A stretch of 64,000 nucleotides of DNA. Source: Acidobacteriota bacterium. GTDB lineage: Bacteria > Acidobacteriota > JAAYUB01. Position numbers and translations under genes: made by a program. Numbering within the stretch: the stretch's first letter is position 1; every line of letters starts with the position of its first letter. The stretch lies in contig JAGOHA010000003.1 of NCBI GenBank assembly GCA_017996395.1, positions 20,427-84,426 of the forward strand. The letters run 5' to 3'. Below the pieces are notes generated by a model. That model was given only the letters and a program-made list of their open reading frames with translations. It did no database searches and had not been told where the DNA came from. Positions 1 to 11,254 of this stretch are shown one piece after another.

Positions 1-853
1 GAATGCCGGCCCCCTCATCCTCGACCGCAAACCGGATTCCGTCCGGTTGTTGACTCATTTCCACGCAGACGCGGCCGTTTGCGGGCGACGCCTGGATTGC
101 GTTCTGCACCAGGTTGACCAACGCCTGACGGAGGCGATCCGGATCAAAACGTGCCCGCAGCTGCTCCGGCGCCGCATAGTCCAGCCGGACACCGCGCTCC
201 GCGGCTTGTGCCGCCAGCACGCCCATTGTCTCGCGAACCACCTCCGTGAGATCTGAGGAGAGTGGCGCCAGGTTGAGCGGACGGTGAAGGTCCAGGAAGT
301 CTTCCATCACGCGAGCCAGACGACGGATCTCGCGGTTGAGTATGTCGAAGAAAGGCCGCCGGGGATGATCGACCGGATAATCCTCCGCCAGGATTTCCGC
401 GGCACCCTGGATCGAGCCGAGCGGGGTCCTCACCTCATGGGCAATCCCGGCCGCCGTGCGACCGGCGGTGGCGAGCCGCTCCGCTGTCACCAATTCCTTC
501 TCCAGCGCTTCCTTGTGACGGCGCTGCCGCTCCCCCTGGGTGACGATGAATCCCATCAGCGTGCCGATGCCGAAATAAAACACGATTTCAACGACTTCCG
601 GATTTTCCCAGAGCGAACATTCCATTCCGAAGACCAGCGGGAGAACAGCCAGCGAAATGGCCGCTGCGGTCAGCACCCCACCCCACAGGCCGAACCAGAG
701 CGCGCCTAGGATCACGGGGATATAGCACAGGCGCCGGTGAATCAGATGCATGGCATGGAAAAAGCCGGCATGCGGCAGCAGATAATGGATGGAAACGGTC
801 GTGGCCAGAACGCCCAGCACGATGATCAGTCGGATTGCTTTGCCTGACATCAT
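1..853 (-). CDS. Sensor histidine kinase; the C-terminus runs off the window edge
   Basis: Minus-strand translation from the tandem ATG-ATG at 853..848 gives MMSGKAIRLI..., about 3 TM helices, an H-box 'AHEVRTPLGSIQGAAEIL', then an HATPase region (LVNLVQNAIQASP...GIRFAVEDEGAGI). The ORF is open to position 1. Confidence 0.8.
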   Translation of the reverse strand, partial: MMSGKAIRLIIVLGVLATTVSIHYLLPHAGFFHAMHLIHRRLCYIPVILGALWFGLWGGVLTAAAISLAVLPLVFGMECSLWENPEVVEIVFYFGIGTLMGFIVTQGERQRRHKEALEKELVTAERLATAGRTAAGIAHEVRTPLGSIQGAAEILAEDYPVDHPRRPFFDILNREIRRLARVMEDFLDLHRPLNLAPLSSDLTEVVRETMGVLAAQAAERGVRLDYAAPEQLRARFDPDRLRQALVNLVQNAIQASPANGRVCVEMSQQPDGIRFAVEDEGAGI

Positions 854-1041
854 GTCGCCTCACACCGAGTTGATCTCAAATACCGCAATAACGTCAGATG
901 ATGAATATTATTGATCAGATTGAAGAATAGTCTACACATTTCGTCAGGTAGCCGCACATGCAAATCAGACATGATTACCGTATTCCATTATTAATAAAAG
1001 CGTTATCGTTGTTTAAATAGCAAACTGGCCTTTTCGCTGTG

Positions 1042-1062
1042 TTTGGCACGGTGCGTGCCAAA
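1042..1062. promoter_or_regulatory. Perfect inverted repeat TTTGGCACG-GTG-CGTGCCAAA; candidate operator in the divergent HK / Cys-rich-protein intergenic region
   Basis: A 9-3-9 perfect palindrome read directly in an unusually AT-rich 290-bp intergenic region (854..1143), about 80 bp upstream of the 1144 start codon. Confidence 0.45.
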
Positions 1063-1143
1063 TGGATGATGTCTGCAGTTTGATGCCGACAGATTAGATT
1101 CGAAGAGCATGAGTCCAAGTTAAATTTATAGGAGGATATCTCA

Positions 1144-1632
1144 ATGCGTAAAAATCTCATCGTGCTCGGTCTGACCATCGCCGTAGCTGCATGGCTGACC
1201 GGTGGCCTGCTGGCTCAGGAAACAGCTACCCAAGGTGTGAGCACATCAGGCGATGCCGTCAAGACCGATGTCAAGTGCAAGTGTCCCGATTGCAAGTGCA
1301 CGGATTGCACGTGCGATAAGTGCAAGTGCGTGGAGTGCAAGTGCCACCCCTGCAAATGCGCCGACTGCAAGTGTGAGAAATGCAAAAGCGGTGACGGCAA
1401 ATGCGAACACGCCAAGACCGCCTGCTGCATGACCGCCAACGCCCAGTGCGCCCAGGACAAGGCCGCGTGCGGTAAGGCTGCCGTTGCCAAGTGTGCGATC
1501 GACAAGGCCGCCTGCTGCAAGACTGACGCTGGCAAGTGCGCGCACGACAAGGTCGCCTGCAAAGCCGGCGAGTGCAAGTGCGCCAAGGACAAAACAAAAC
1601 CAGCCGCACCTCAGGCGGAACCCCTGAAGTAG
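1144..1632 (+). CDS. Secreted Cys/Lys-rich tandem-repeat protein, metallothionein-like (signal peptide + CKC hexapeptide repeats + 15-aa DKAAC repeats)
   Basis: GGAGGA RBS 7 nt upstream. N-terminal signal peptide MRKNLIVLGLTIAVAAWLTGGLLAQE. 29 Cys in 162 aa: KCKCPDCKCTDCTCDKCKCVECKCHPCKCADCKCEKCK, then CCMTANAQCAQDKAACGK...DKAACCK...DKVACKAGECKCAK. Rho-independent terminator downstream. Confidence 0.7.
   Translation: MRKNLIVLGLTIAVAAWLTGGLLAQETATQGVSTSGDAVKTDVKCKCPDCKCTDCTCDKCKCVECKCHPCKCADCKCEKCKSGDGKCEHAKTACCMTANAQCAQDKAACGKAAVAKCAIDKAACCKTDAGKCAHDKVACKAGECKCAKDKTKPAAPQAEPLK
1271..1600 (+). repeat. Intragenic tandem DNA repeats (about 18-bp 'tgcaagtgc'-type units at 1271..1390; three 45-bp units at about 1453..1590)
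   Basis: 'tgcaagtgc' and 'tgcaaatgc' recur with 18-nt periodicity. 'gacaaggccgc(g/c)tgc' recurs with 45-nt periodicity. Confidence 0.6.
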
Positions 1633-1670
1633 CGTTTAACTGAAATCCCATCCTGTCGACGAATCCGATC

Positions 1671-1704
1671 GGGCACTCCATTGCGGAGTGCCTGATTTAT
1701 TTTG
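1671..1704 (+). terminator. Rho-independent terminator after the Cys-rich protein gene
   Basis: GGGCACTCC-attgc-GGAGTGCC hairpin followed by TGATTTATTTT. Confidence 0.6.
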
Positions 1705-1792
1705 GGGAGCCGGTGACTGTCCGGATCAAAAGGATGTGAATCGTCCACAGACTGGTGCCCCGGCTGCGTCCCCCCAGCCTGGGTAGTTGCGA

Positions 1793-2608
1793 CTATTTCT
1801 TATGCAGCGACCGGAATACACCGCTGAATGAAGGGAAATCGTAATACAAGGCTCCGCCCGATTCGATGGTGAGCCAATGGAGGGCGGTCAGGCCGAGACT
1901 GTCCAGCATCAGATCCCGGTTGATCTGGCGGTTTTGGAAGTAGCGCATGTCACCGGTGAAAAACGAGGAACCGGTTCGGTCGTCTTCGGCGAAGAGGTCC
2001 TTCTCGGTGTTTTTCCGCACGTAAAAACCATACAATCGGATCTTGTTTTCCTTCAGATATCTGGTCAGCTTGGCTAACGGTTCGTATCGCTTGGGGTCGA
2101 AATCCTGCTGGTCCATGATCACCGGTTTCTCCACCGCCGTGATGACGGACGGTTTGATGTTCACGTGTTTATCCACGTTGGAACCTTCGAGCTGCATGCT
2201 CTGAAACATGGCCAAACAGCGGCAGTTGCTGATGAAAAAGACCGGCTGATCCTGGATCCGCCAATGCGCGAGGATGGCCAGCAGATCCTTGAACGGCACC
2301 GCATTCTGGTTGGCGGCCAGGAAATCCATTCCCTTTGCCGGCCAGTCCAGTTCCCCGGCCTTCCCGTGCCGCACCGGGTAGACCGTGTTACCGAAGAATC
2401 CGAAGATGCTCACCTGGCAATCCGAAGGCAGTCGCTTGAGCAGTTCCGCAAACCCCTTGTTGAAATTCAACGAGGTCATCGCGGGATCCGCATCCTGTTG
2501 GATGACAAAAGTGAGGCGTTTGGGTGCGGTCAGATCCCCGGCCGCCGCCCACCCGGCACAAACCGCCAGAGCCAGCATGACGCAACATGTCCATCGGTGC
2601 ATAGCCAA
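1793..2608 (-). CDS. Hypothetical secreted protein (signal peptide); lower GC than surroundings
   Basis: N-terminus MAMHRWTCCVMLALAVCAGWAAAG is signal-peptide-like. Coherent 271-aa ORF with no recognisable catalytic motif. Confidence 0.5.
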   Translation of the reverse strand: MAMHRWTCCVMLALAVCAGWAAAGDLTAPKRLTFVIQQDADPAMTSLNFNKGFAELLKRLPSDCQVSIFGFFGNTVYPVRHGKAGELDWPAKGMDFLAANQNAVPFKDLLAILAHWRIQDQPVFFISNCRCLAMFQSMQLEGSNVDKHVNIKPSVITAVEKPVIMDQQDFDPKRYEPLAKLTRYLKENKIRLYGFYVRKNTEKDLFAEDDRTGSSFFTGDMRYFQNRQINRDLMLDSLGLTALHWLTIESGGALYYDFPSFSGVFRSLHKK

Positions 2609-2722
2609 ACCCCCATACAGTGTCTCTCGATATTAAACGAGATCGGACAGCCAGTTGTTTAAACCGAATGGTCGATTTTTCCCAATTCGAGCACCTACTG
2701 GGTAAATGTGATGGCGGAAAGG

Positions 2723-3616
2723 TCATGCCGGTTGGGCGGAAGCCAGGCTGCGCTGCCACACGACGCCGGCCATGATAAATACTAATCCCACCACGGTGGA
2801 GCCGAGGATGGGTTCGCCCACCACAAAATGAATCAGGGCCAGGGAGATGAACGGGCACAGGAGAATGAGATTGGATACACGGGCCGTGTTTTCGGATAGC
2901 TGCAGCGCCTTCATCCAGCATACATAGGCCACGCCCATCTCGAACAGACCCAGATAAATAGCGCCGGCCCACCCGGTCCAAGATCCGTTCACGGTTTGGG
3001 GAAACAGCAGAACGGCCGCCAGGCAATACCCGGTGCCGCAGATGAAATTCGCGGCAAGCTTGATGAGCTCGTCACGCGTATCTTTTACATTGTAGATCCA
3101 GTACAGGGCCCACACCACGGTGCTGGCCAGAGCCAGGAAGACTCCGAACGGATCAGACAACCGCACCTGGTGCCACTGCCCGTGGGTGGCGATGATCGTC
3201 ACGCCCAGGTAACTGACCAGGATCGCTCCGAGACTGGCCCAGCGCAGGCGCTGGCCCAGCAGCGGAACGGATAAAATGACGATGGCGATGGTCCAGGTCT
3301 GGTTGAGTGGCTGAGCTTCCTGGGCGGGAAGCAGTTCGTAGGATTTGAGCACCACCGCGTAGTAGAGGAACGGATTCAGGAAACCGAGGGTAGCGGCGCG
3401 CAGCCAATTTCGCCCCGAAATTCGGCCCAACTCGCCCAGGCGTCCCTGAAACGCCAGCGCAGCCAGAAGGAAAACCGTGGATGTGAGGGCGGCCCCGAGC
3501 AGCATCGGGTAGATCCCGAGGCTGCGCAAGGTCAGCTTGAATACGGTCGCCACTGTGGACCACATGAGGACGGTGGCTGAGGCGAACATATAGGCGCGCT
3601 GTTGATTGTTCATCAC
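2723..3616 (-). CDS. EamA/DMT-family transporter (10 TM, two EamA halves)
   Basis: Polytopic hydrophobic profile; paired-repeat architecture typical of DMT permeases. Confidence 0.6.
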   Translation of the reverse strand: MMNNQQRAYMFASATVLMWSTVATVFKLTLRSLGIYPMLLGAALTSTVFLLAALAFQGRLGELGRISGRNWLRAATLGFLNPFLYYAVVLKSYELLPAQEAQPLNQTWTIAIVILSVPLLGQRLRWASLGAILVSYLGVTIIATHGQWHQVRLSDPFGVFLALASTVVWALYWIYNVKDTRDELIKLAANFICGTGYCLAAVLLFPQTVNGSWTGWAGAIYLGLFEMGVAYVCWMKALQLSENTARVSNLILLCPFISLALIHFVVGEPILGSTVVGLVFIMAGVVWQRSLASAQPA

Positions 3617-3853
3617 TCTCCGGACGGCGATCCCGGCATGGCGTCCAGAACGCGTGTCCCCGGTTCATTTCGAATGAAAACCGCTGCGGGACTTTTAGCT
3701 GTCGGGCACCATGTGAATAGTATCCCCGTCAAGGCCCGCAGGTTCTTATATCACACACCGAACGTTTGAAAGCAAAACACTCGGACCTAGGATTCCACAG
3801 GGTTCAACGTGCCGTTGAGCGGATCTTGGATACAGATGGGTTTCTGGTGTACC

Positions 3854-5590
3854 ATGCAATCCGTGGCAAACAGGGTCCGAATTTCCACTATACCAATCAG
3901 ATGGAGCATCACCCTGCCCCTGGCGGCGGGCATCCTGCTGATGGTGCCCCTCCTGCAGGGCATTCCGTTGTCCCATGATCTGCATATCCACCTGGCCATG
4001 GTGGATCAATTCCAGGAGAGTCTGGCCGAAGGTAATGTGTATCCTCGCTGGCTGGCCGATTTCAACGAGGGCTATGGCGCCCCCACCATGATTTTCTATC
4101 CCCCCGGTTTGTTCTACTGCGCCAGCTTTGCGGCGGGATTATGCGGTGGTAACATCTTGGTCGGCCTCTATCTGATCCTGACACTCCTGACAATCGTCGG
4201 ATTCGCCGGGGTGTACCGGCTGCTGTCGGAACCGGCCGGGCCGTGGGCGGCGGCCGGCGTCGCATTCGCCTTGGTGGCTCCATTCCGCGTATTTGAGCTT
4301 CATGCTGCCGGTTTGTTCCCCGCTTACGCGGCCGGCTGTATGTTTCCCTGGTCCCTGGATTCTCTTCGGCGCATTGCGGCTGAACCTACCGGCGGAGGCT
4401 GGCTGAGCCGGCCCGTTCAGGGTTGGGCGGTTTCCGTAGCAGTTATGCTGCTCCTGAACCTGCCGTTCACCGTGTTGGCGATGACGCTGGTGTCTGCTTG
4501 GCTCGTTTTCGAGACCGTGAGAAGCCGCCGGTTGGACACGCTGATCCGGGTGACCGCCGGAGCCGCGGTAGCCCTGGCAATCTCGGCCGTTTATCTGTTG
4601 CCCGCGCTGGCTGAACGGCACCTCGTGACGCTGCCACAGGCCGGGCAAAACGTCTATGCGGGCAATTTTCTCTTCATGCCACCCGGCACGTGGGCGGATC
4701 CCGCACTCCAGCACCTGTTCCAACGCATGGCGCTGTTTCCTCTGGCGTTGGCAGTCGTGGGATTGGTGGTGATACTGGCGATGAAACGGGGTTTCACCGA
4801 ATCGGTCCAATCGCCGTTCAGCGGCCTCCTCCAGCTCGCCTCGTTGATCGCCGTCGGGGCGGTTTTCCTGTCCTCGCCCGCATCCGGGTGGCTGTGGGCG
4901 GGGATTCCCGCCCTGGCAACCCTCCAGCTCCCGTGGCGGTTGCTGGACCATCTCGCCGCGCCCTGCAGCATCATCACCACTATGGCGATGGCTGCGGTGT
5001 GGCGGTCCAGGGTCCGTTACGGCTGGGTGCGGTATGCTTTTGCCGGCTTATGCCTGGTTCTGACCCTGCTGATGAGCATGCTCAGTTTGTCTTGCATCCG
5101 AATGAACGGGTTTGCGCCACCTCACGATATCCTCGAGCAAGTTGCCGCATTCCGGCGGCTGCCGGGCGATTATCCACCCCAAGGTTCCGAGCTCACACCG
5201 CAGCGCGCGGATGACGCCCTGGTGACCGTGGCTCGCGGGCTGATCAGCGGGAAAGTCATCGCATGGGAAGCCGAGCGCCGACGAATCGACATCCAGGCGG
5301 AGACACCCGGCGCCATCGCGTTGCGCACCTGGTACTATCCCGGCTGGTCCGCCCGCGACGAACGGAATGTGACGCTCCCGGTGACCGCGGAGCCGGGCAC
5401 GGGGAAACTCCTCATCGCCGTCCCCGCCGGACGTCATACTTTGGAGATCCGCTTCGGTTCCACACCACTGCGCCTTGCCGCGGTGTGGTTGAGTCTGTTC
5501 GCGGCCCTGGGGTTTGCTGCTGCCTGCATCTGTCCGCATATCTTTCGAAATCAGAAAAAATCCAACTCCGCCCCGCATCCCGGCATCTGA
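3854..5590 (+). CDS. Polytopic membrane protein; YfhO-like / GT-C-superfamily putative glycosyltransferase
   Basis: N-terminal loop motif HDLHIHLAMVDQFQESLAEGNVYPRWLADFNEGYGAPTMIFYPP resembles the YfhO/GT-C first-loop signature. More than 10 TM helices and a C-terminal soluble domain. The track ORF starts at 3809; a likely internal start is M at 3854. Confidence 0.4.
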   Translation: MQSVANRVRISTIPIRWSITLPLAAGILLMVPLLQGIPLSHDLHIHLAMVDQFQESLAEGNVYPRWLADFNEGYGAPTMIFYPPGLFYCASFAAGLCGGNILVGLYLILTLLTIVGFAGVYRLLSEPAGPWAAAGVAFALVAPFRVFELHAAGLFPAYAAGCMFPWSLDSLRRIAAEPTGGGWLSRPVQGWAVSVAVMLLLNLPFTVLAMTLVSAWLVFETVRSRRLDTLIRVTAGAAVALAISAVYLLPALAERHLVTLPQAGQNVYAGNFLFMPPGTWADPALQHLFQRMALFPLALAVVGLVVILAMKRGFTESVQSPFSGLLQLASLIAVGAVFLSSPASGWLWAGIPALATLQLPWRLLDHLAAPCSIITTMAMAAVWRSRVRYGWVRYAFAGLCLVLTLLMSMLSLSCIRMNGFAPPHDILEQVAAFRRLPGDYPPQGSELTPQRADDALVTVARGLISGKVIAWEAERRRIDIQAETPGAIALRTWYYPGWSARDERNVTLPVTAEPGTGKLLIAVPAGRHTLEIRFGSTPLRLAAVWLSLFAALGFAAACICPHIFRNQKKSNSAPHPGI

Positions 5591-5665
5591 TGAGCGGAGA
5601 GTCTGAGCTCACATCCACGGCATCCTAATGAGTGCCGGCTTAGAATGGAACCAGGTGTCGGTGTC

Positions 5666-6355
5666 ATGAAAGCGTGTATGCTGCTCCGAATCGTCGCCAT
5701 CATCTCGGCAGGTTGCCTGTCGATACCTTGGCTTCCAGCGGATCCGCCTGCCGAGGGCACGGCGCCATTGGCCGTGCGCCGGACCGGAGCCTCGGAGTTG
5801 CAGATCCAGCGTGCGGACGGCACCGCGTTCACGATCCGCTTCATGGAGACGGTGATGACCGTGGTCACCAATCCGATCTACCCGCTGGCGGCGGTGTTCA
5901 CGACCGATGAGCCGCCCGGCAGTCCGCTGGTGGTGCCGCCCCAGCCGGTGGCCACTTGTTCGGCATACATCCTGCACACAGTCACCGGTGAATTCGAGCG
6001 GATACCCACAGATGAGACCATGCTGGGCAGCTGGTTTTTCCAGGTGTGGTCACCCGACGGCCACTACGCGGTCATTCTGACCAGTCAATGGGGCGGTTTC
6101 AAGTTATTCCGCGCCGCCGACTGGATCAACAGCGGCGGGCACCTTTGGATCGACTGGCGGAAACCGTGGCGGAGCATGGGCGCCCGCGACACCCCGCCCC
6201 GCGCCGGTGACCCGGCCAAGATCCACCGGTTTATCTCCTGGGAAGGCCCGGCCACGTTTTCCTTCAGCGGATCCTGCTGCGGGACCGAGTTCAGGTACCG
6301 GTTCGATATCGAGCAGGACCGGTTGACGCGCACCGGCCAGCGCGAGCTGCCTTGA
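5666..6355 (+). CDS. Hypothetical lipoprotein
   Basis: MKACMLLRIVAIISAGC has a lipobox-like SAGC. No recognisable domain. Confidence 0.4.
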   Translation: MKACMLLRIVAIISAGCLSIPWLPADPPAEGTAPLAVRRTGASELQIQRADGTAFTIRFMETVMTVVTNPIYPLAAVFTTDEPPGSPLVVPPQPVATCSAYILHTVTGEFERIPTDETMLGSWFFQVWSPDGHYAVILTSQWGGFKLFRAADWINSGGHLWIDWRKPWRSMGARDTPPRAGDPAKIHRFISWEGPATFSFSGSCCGTEFRYRFDIEQDRLTRTGQRELP

Positions 6356-6436
6356 TTTGAGGCCGGGGTGCAGTATTTCGAACGGAAGGCGAGAAACAAA
6401 GCTCCATCCCGGGAAGTATAAAGATCGATAGTCGCT

Positions 6437-7249
6437 ATGAAACCGCGGAGCATCATCCAGATCATCAGCGTCATACTCCTGGCGACACCCGCGCTTCAGG
6501 GGAGCCGTCCGCCCAGCATGATGCTGCATCTGGATGTCGCCCGGATCGAATTGGAAGTCTTCCGGCTGGTGAATTGGGCCCGGGCGGAACGCGGCCTCGA
6601 CCCCTACCGCTACGACGACGGGCTGGCCGACCTGGCCCGGCGGCACTCCGGCAATATGCGGGACTTTCGGTTCTTTTCCCACACCGATCATGAGGCGCGC
6701 ACTCCGGACCAGCGACGCCTGAAGTATTATCCAGAACTCCTGGCCGTCCGCTTCGCTGAGAACATCGCCACCGGATTCGGCACCACCGAGTCCGAAATCG
6801 CGGCCAATCTCATGGAGTCCTGGATGAATTCACCCGGCCACCGGGCGAACATCCTCAGCTCCGACTTCACCCACATCGGCGTCGGGATCGTCCACGCCGC
6901 CGCCACCAAATATTTCGGCACGCAGAATTTCGCCTTCCCCCTCGGCAAACTCACGTCGCCTCTCAAGGCTGATATCCGCTACGGCCAGCGAGTGGAACTT
7001 GAATTTGAATCCATGGGCAATCTGCCCAAGGACAAACTCCGCGTGATCGTCCTGTACCCGGACGCGAACGTAAAAATCGTCCAGGGTGACGGGTCGTACT
7101 ACCTGGGCAAATCGTTCCTGCGCCCCAAGTGGCGGGACGATGTGTTCCGGGCGAGTATCCGCTGCGTGGGCGGCCGGGGCACGTACAAAATCGCCCTGGG
7201 GTCCGACGGAGAATACTACCCGATCTTTATCGAATTCCAGGTGTATTGA
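6437..7249 (+). CDS. Secreted CAP/SCP (PR-1-like) domain protein
   Basis: Signal peptide; motifs MESWMNSPGHRANIL and FTHIGVGIV are typical of the CAP superfamily. Confidence 0.65.
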   Translation: MKPRSIIQIISVILLATPALQGSRPPSMMLHLDVARIELEVFRLVNWARAERGLDPYRYDDGLADLARRHSGNMRDFRFFSHTDHEARTPDQRRLKYYPELLAVRFAENIATGFGTTESEIAANLMESWMNSPGHRANILSSDFTHIGVGIVHAAATKYFGTQNFAFPLGKLTSPLKADIRYGQRVELEFESMGNLPKDKLRVIVLYPDANVKIVQGDGSYYLGKSFLRPKWRDDVFRASIRCVGGRGTYKIALGSDGEYYPIFIEFQVY

Positions 7250-7354
7250 TCCGATGTGATCCGCCGCACACTCCCGCTTGATCACCGTGCTACACTGCTG
7301 CGTTTCGCCGGTTCCTCAGCCGGCCTTGCCTGATTGCATCCTGCTGGAGTGACC

Positions 7355-8986
7355 ATGCTACCGCTGATTTTCCTGAGCAGCCTGCTGCTGTTCGGTCTGG
7401 CTTACCACATTTACGGACGCTGGCTGGAGCGCCGCTTCGATGTGGACAACCGGCGCCCCACCCCCGCCCACACCGACTCCGATGGTGTGGATCGCGTGCC
7501 GGCACCCAGCCCGGTTCTGCTGGGACATCATTTTTCTTCCATCGCCGGCGCCGGCCCCATCGTGGGCCCCATCATCGCCGCGACTGCGTTCGGGTGGTTA
7601 CCGGCCATCCTGTGGGTGGTGATTGGCTCCATTTTCATCGGCGGGGTCCATGATTTTTCTGCGCTCATGGCTTCGGTGCGCCACAAGGCTCGCTCCGTGG
7701 CTGAAATTGCCAGGGAGTACATGTCGCCCCTGGCCTATCGGCTCATGCTGATCTTCATCTGGCTCTGCCTGGTGTATGTGCTGGTCGTGTTCGCCGATTT
7801 GACCGCGGCCACTTTTGTGGAAAGCGGTCCCGTCGCGACCGCCTCGGTGATGTACATCCTCTTGGCCATCGGTTTTGGCCTGTGCCTTTATCGACTCAAA
7901 CTCAGAATCTGGCTGGCATCCCTGATCTTCGTCCCCGCGATTTTCGCCGGGATCTGGGTCGGCCATGAACTTCCGCTGGATGCCAGCCGCCTGGCCCAGT
8001 CCATCGGGCTGGATCAGGCGGCGTTATGGGGCATCGCCCTGCTGGTTTACTGCTTTATCGCCTCCACCACACCGGTTTGGATTCTGCTCCAACCGCGTGA
8101 TTACCTGTCGTCCTACCTGTTGTATGCCTCAGTGGCCGCCGGGGTCGTGGGAATTCTCTTCGGGGGATTGCAATCCACCTGGCCGGCCCATCTCGGCTGG
8201 TCCAGCCCCCAGCTCGGCAACCTGTTTCCCGTTCTCTTCATCACCATCGCCTGCGGTGCGTGTTCCGGATTCCACTCGCTGGTGGCCTCGGGCACTTCGT
8301 CCAAGCAGTTGAACAAGGAGTCGGATGCGCGTGTCGTGGGTTATGGCGCGATGCTCATCGAAGGGCTGGTGGCCGTCATCGCCTTGAGTACGGTGATGAT
8401 GCTGGCGCCGGGCGACGAACTGGCCGGCAAGCCGCCGCTCATCATTTACGGCAACGGGATCGCCCGCTTTCTATCCCTGTTCGGCGTCCCCCACGCCATC
8501 GGCGTAAGTGTCGGCCTCCTCGCTCTGTCCACGTTCATTCTGACGTCCCTGGATACCGGCACCCGGCTGGCCCGGTATATCGTGGAGGAGTTCTTCAATC
8601 TTTCCGGAACCATCGCTCGTTACCTGGCGACCCTGGCGTGTCTCGTACTGCCCGCCTTGTTCATCCTGATGCCGCTTCATGATGCCCAGGGGAATACCCT
8701 GCCCGCCTGGAAAGCAATCTGGCCCGTGTTCGGTGCCACGAACCAGCTCCTGGCCGGAGTGGCGCTGCTGGTGGTGGTGGTCTGGCTGAAGCGACGCGGA
8801 CGGAGCAACCTGTTCGTGTTTCTCCCCATGGTGTTCATGACGGCGATGACCGTCTGGTCGCTGTGCCTGCTCGTGGGCCAGTACGGGCTTTCGTCCATCG
8901 GACTGATCGCCTGGGCGTTGCTGGCGCTGGCCGCGGTCCTGATCTGGGAGGCCAGCCGGGTGCTCTTGGGCGGAGTGCCCGCCTGA
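7355..8986 (+). CDS. cstA: Carbon starvation protein CstA family transporter
   Basis: GHHFSSIAGAGPIVGPIIAA motif and polytopic profile. The track ORF starts at 7334; start chosen at MLPLIF. Confidence 0.75.
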   Translation: MLPLIFLSSLLLFGLAYHIYGRWLERRFDVDNRRPTPAHTDSDGVDRVPAPSPVLLGHHFSSIAGAGPIVGPIIAATAFGWLPAILWVVIGSIFIGGVHDFSALMASVRHKARSVAEIAREYMSPLAYRLMLIFIWLCLVYVLVVFADLTAATFVESGPVATASVMYILLAIGFGLCLYRLKLRIWLASLIFVPAIFAGIWVGHELPLDASRLAQSIGLDQAALWGIALLVYCFIASTTPVWILLQPRDYLSSYLLYASVAAGVVGILFGGLQSTWPAHLGWSSPQLGNLFPVLFITIACGACSGFHSLVASGTSSKQLNKESDARVVGYGAMLIEGLVAVIALSTVMMLAPGDELAGKPPLIIYGNGIARFLSLFGVPHAIGVSVGLLALSTFILTSLDTGTRLARYIVEEFFNLSGTIARYLATLACLVLPALFILMPLHDAQGNTLPAWKAIWPVFGATNQLLAGVALLVVVVWLKRRGRSNLFVFLPMVFMTAMTVWSLCLLVGQYGLSSIGLIAWALLALAAVLIWEASRVLLGGVPA

Positions 8987-8991
8987 ACGGT

Positions 8992-11109
<2,118 letters not shown>

Positions 11110-11254
11110 ATTCGGGACTCCTTGTCTCGACGGTTGCCGCAGGCAGTCCTTAGATCGATTCTCGGCGCCTGTCGATTCAGGTCGCCTGCCGGGCAGGTGA
11201 CGATGTCTTTCAGGGATGGATCAGTCGATCCGGCGGCGGGCAGACCGGGCGGAC

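Noticed and set aside
1041-1062. Possible sigma54 promoter (TGGCAC-N5-xTGCC)
   Set aside because: The -12 element TTGCA is absent. The sequence is better explained as a symmetric operator palindrome.
2161-2175. DnaA-box-like TTTATCCACG
   Set aside because: It is a single near-match inside a coding region. No cluster of boxes and no AT-rich DUE nearby.
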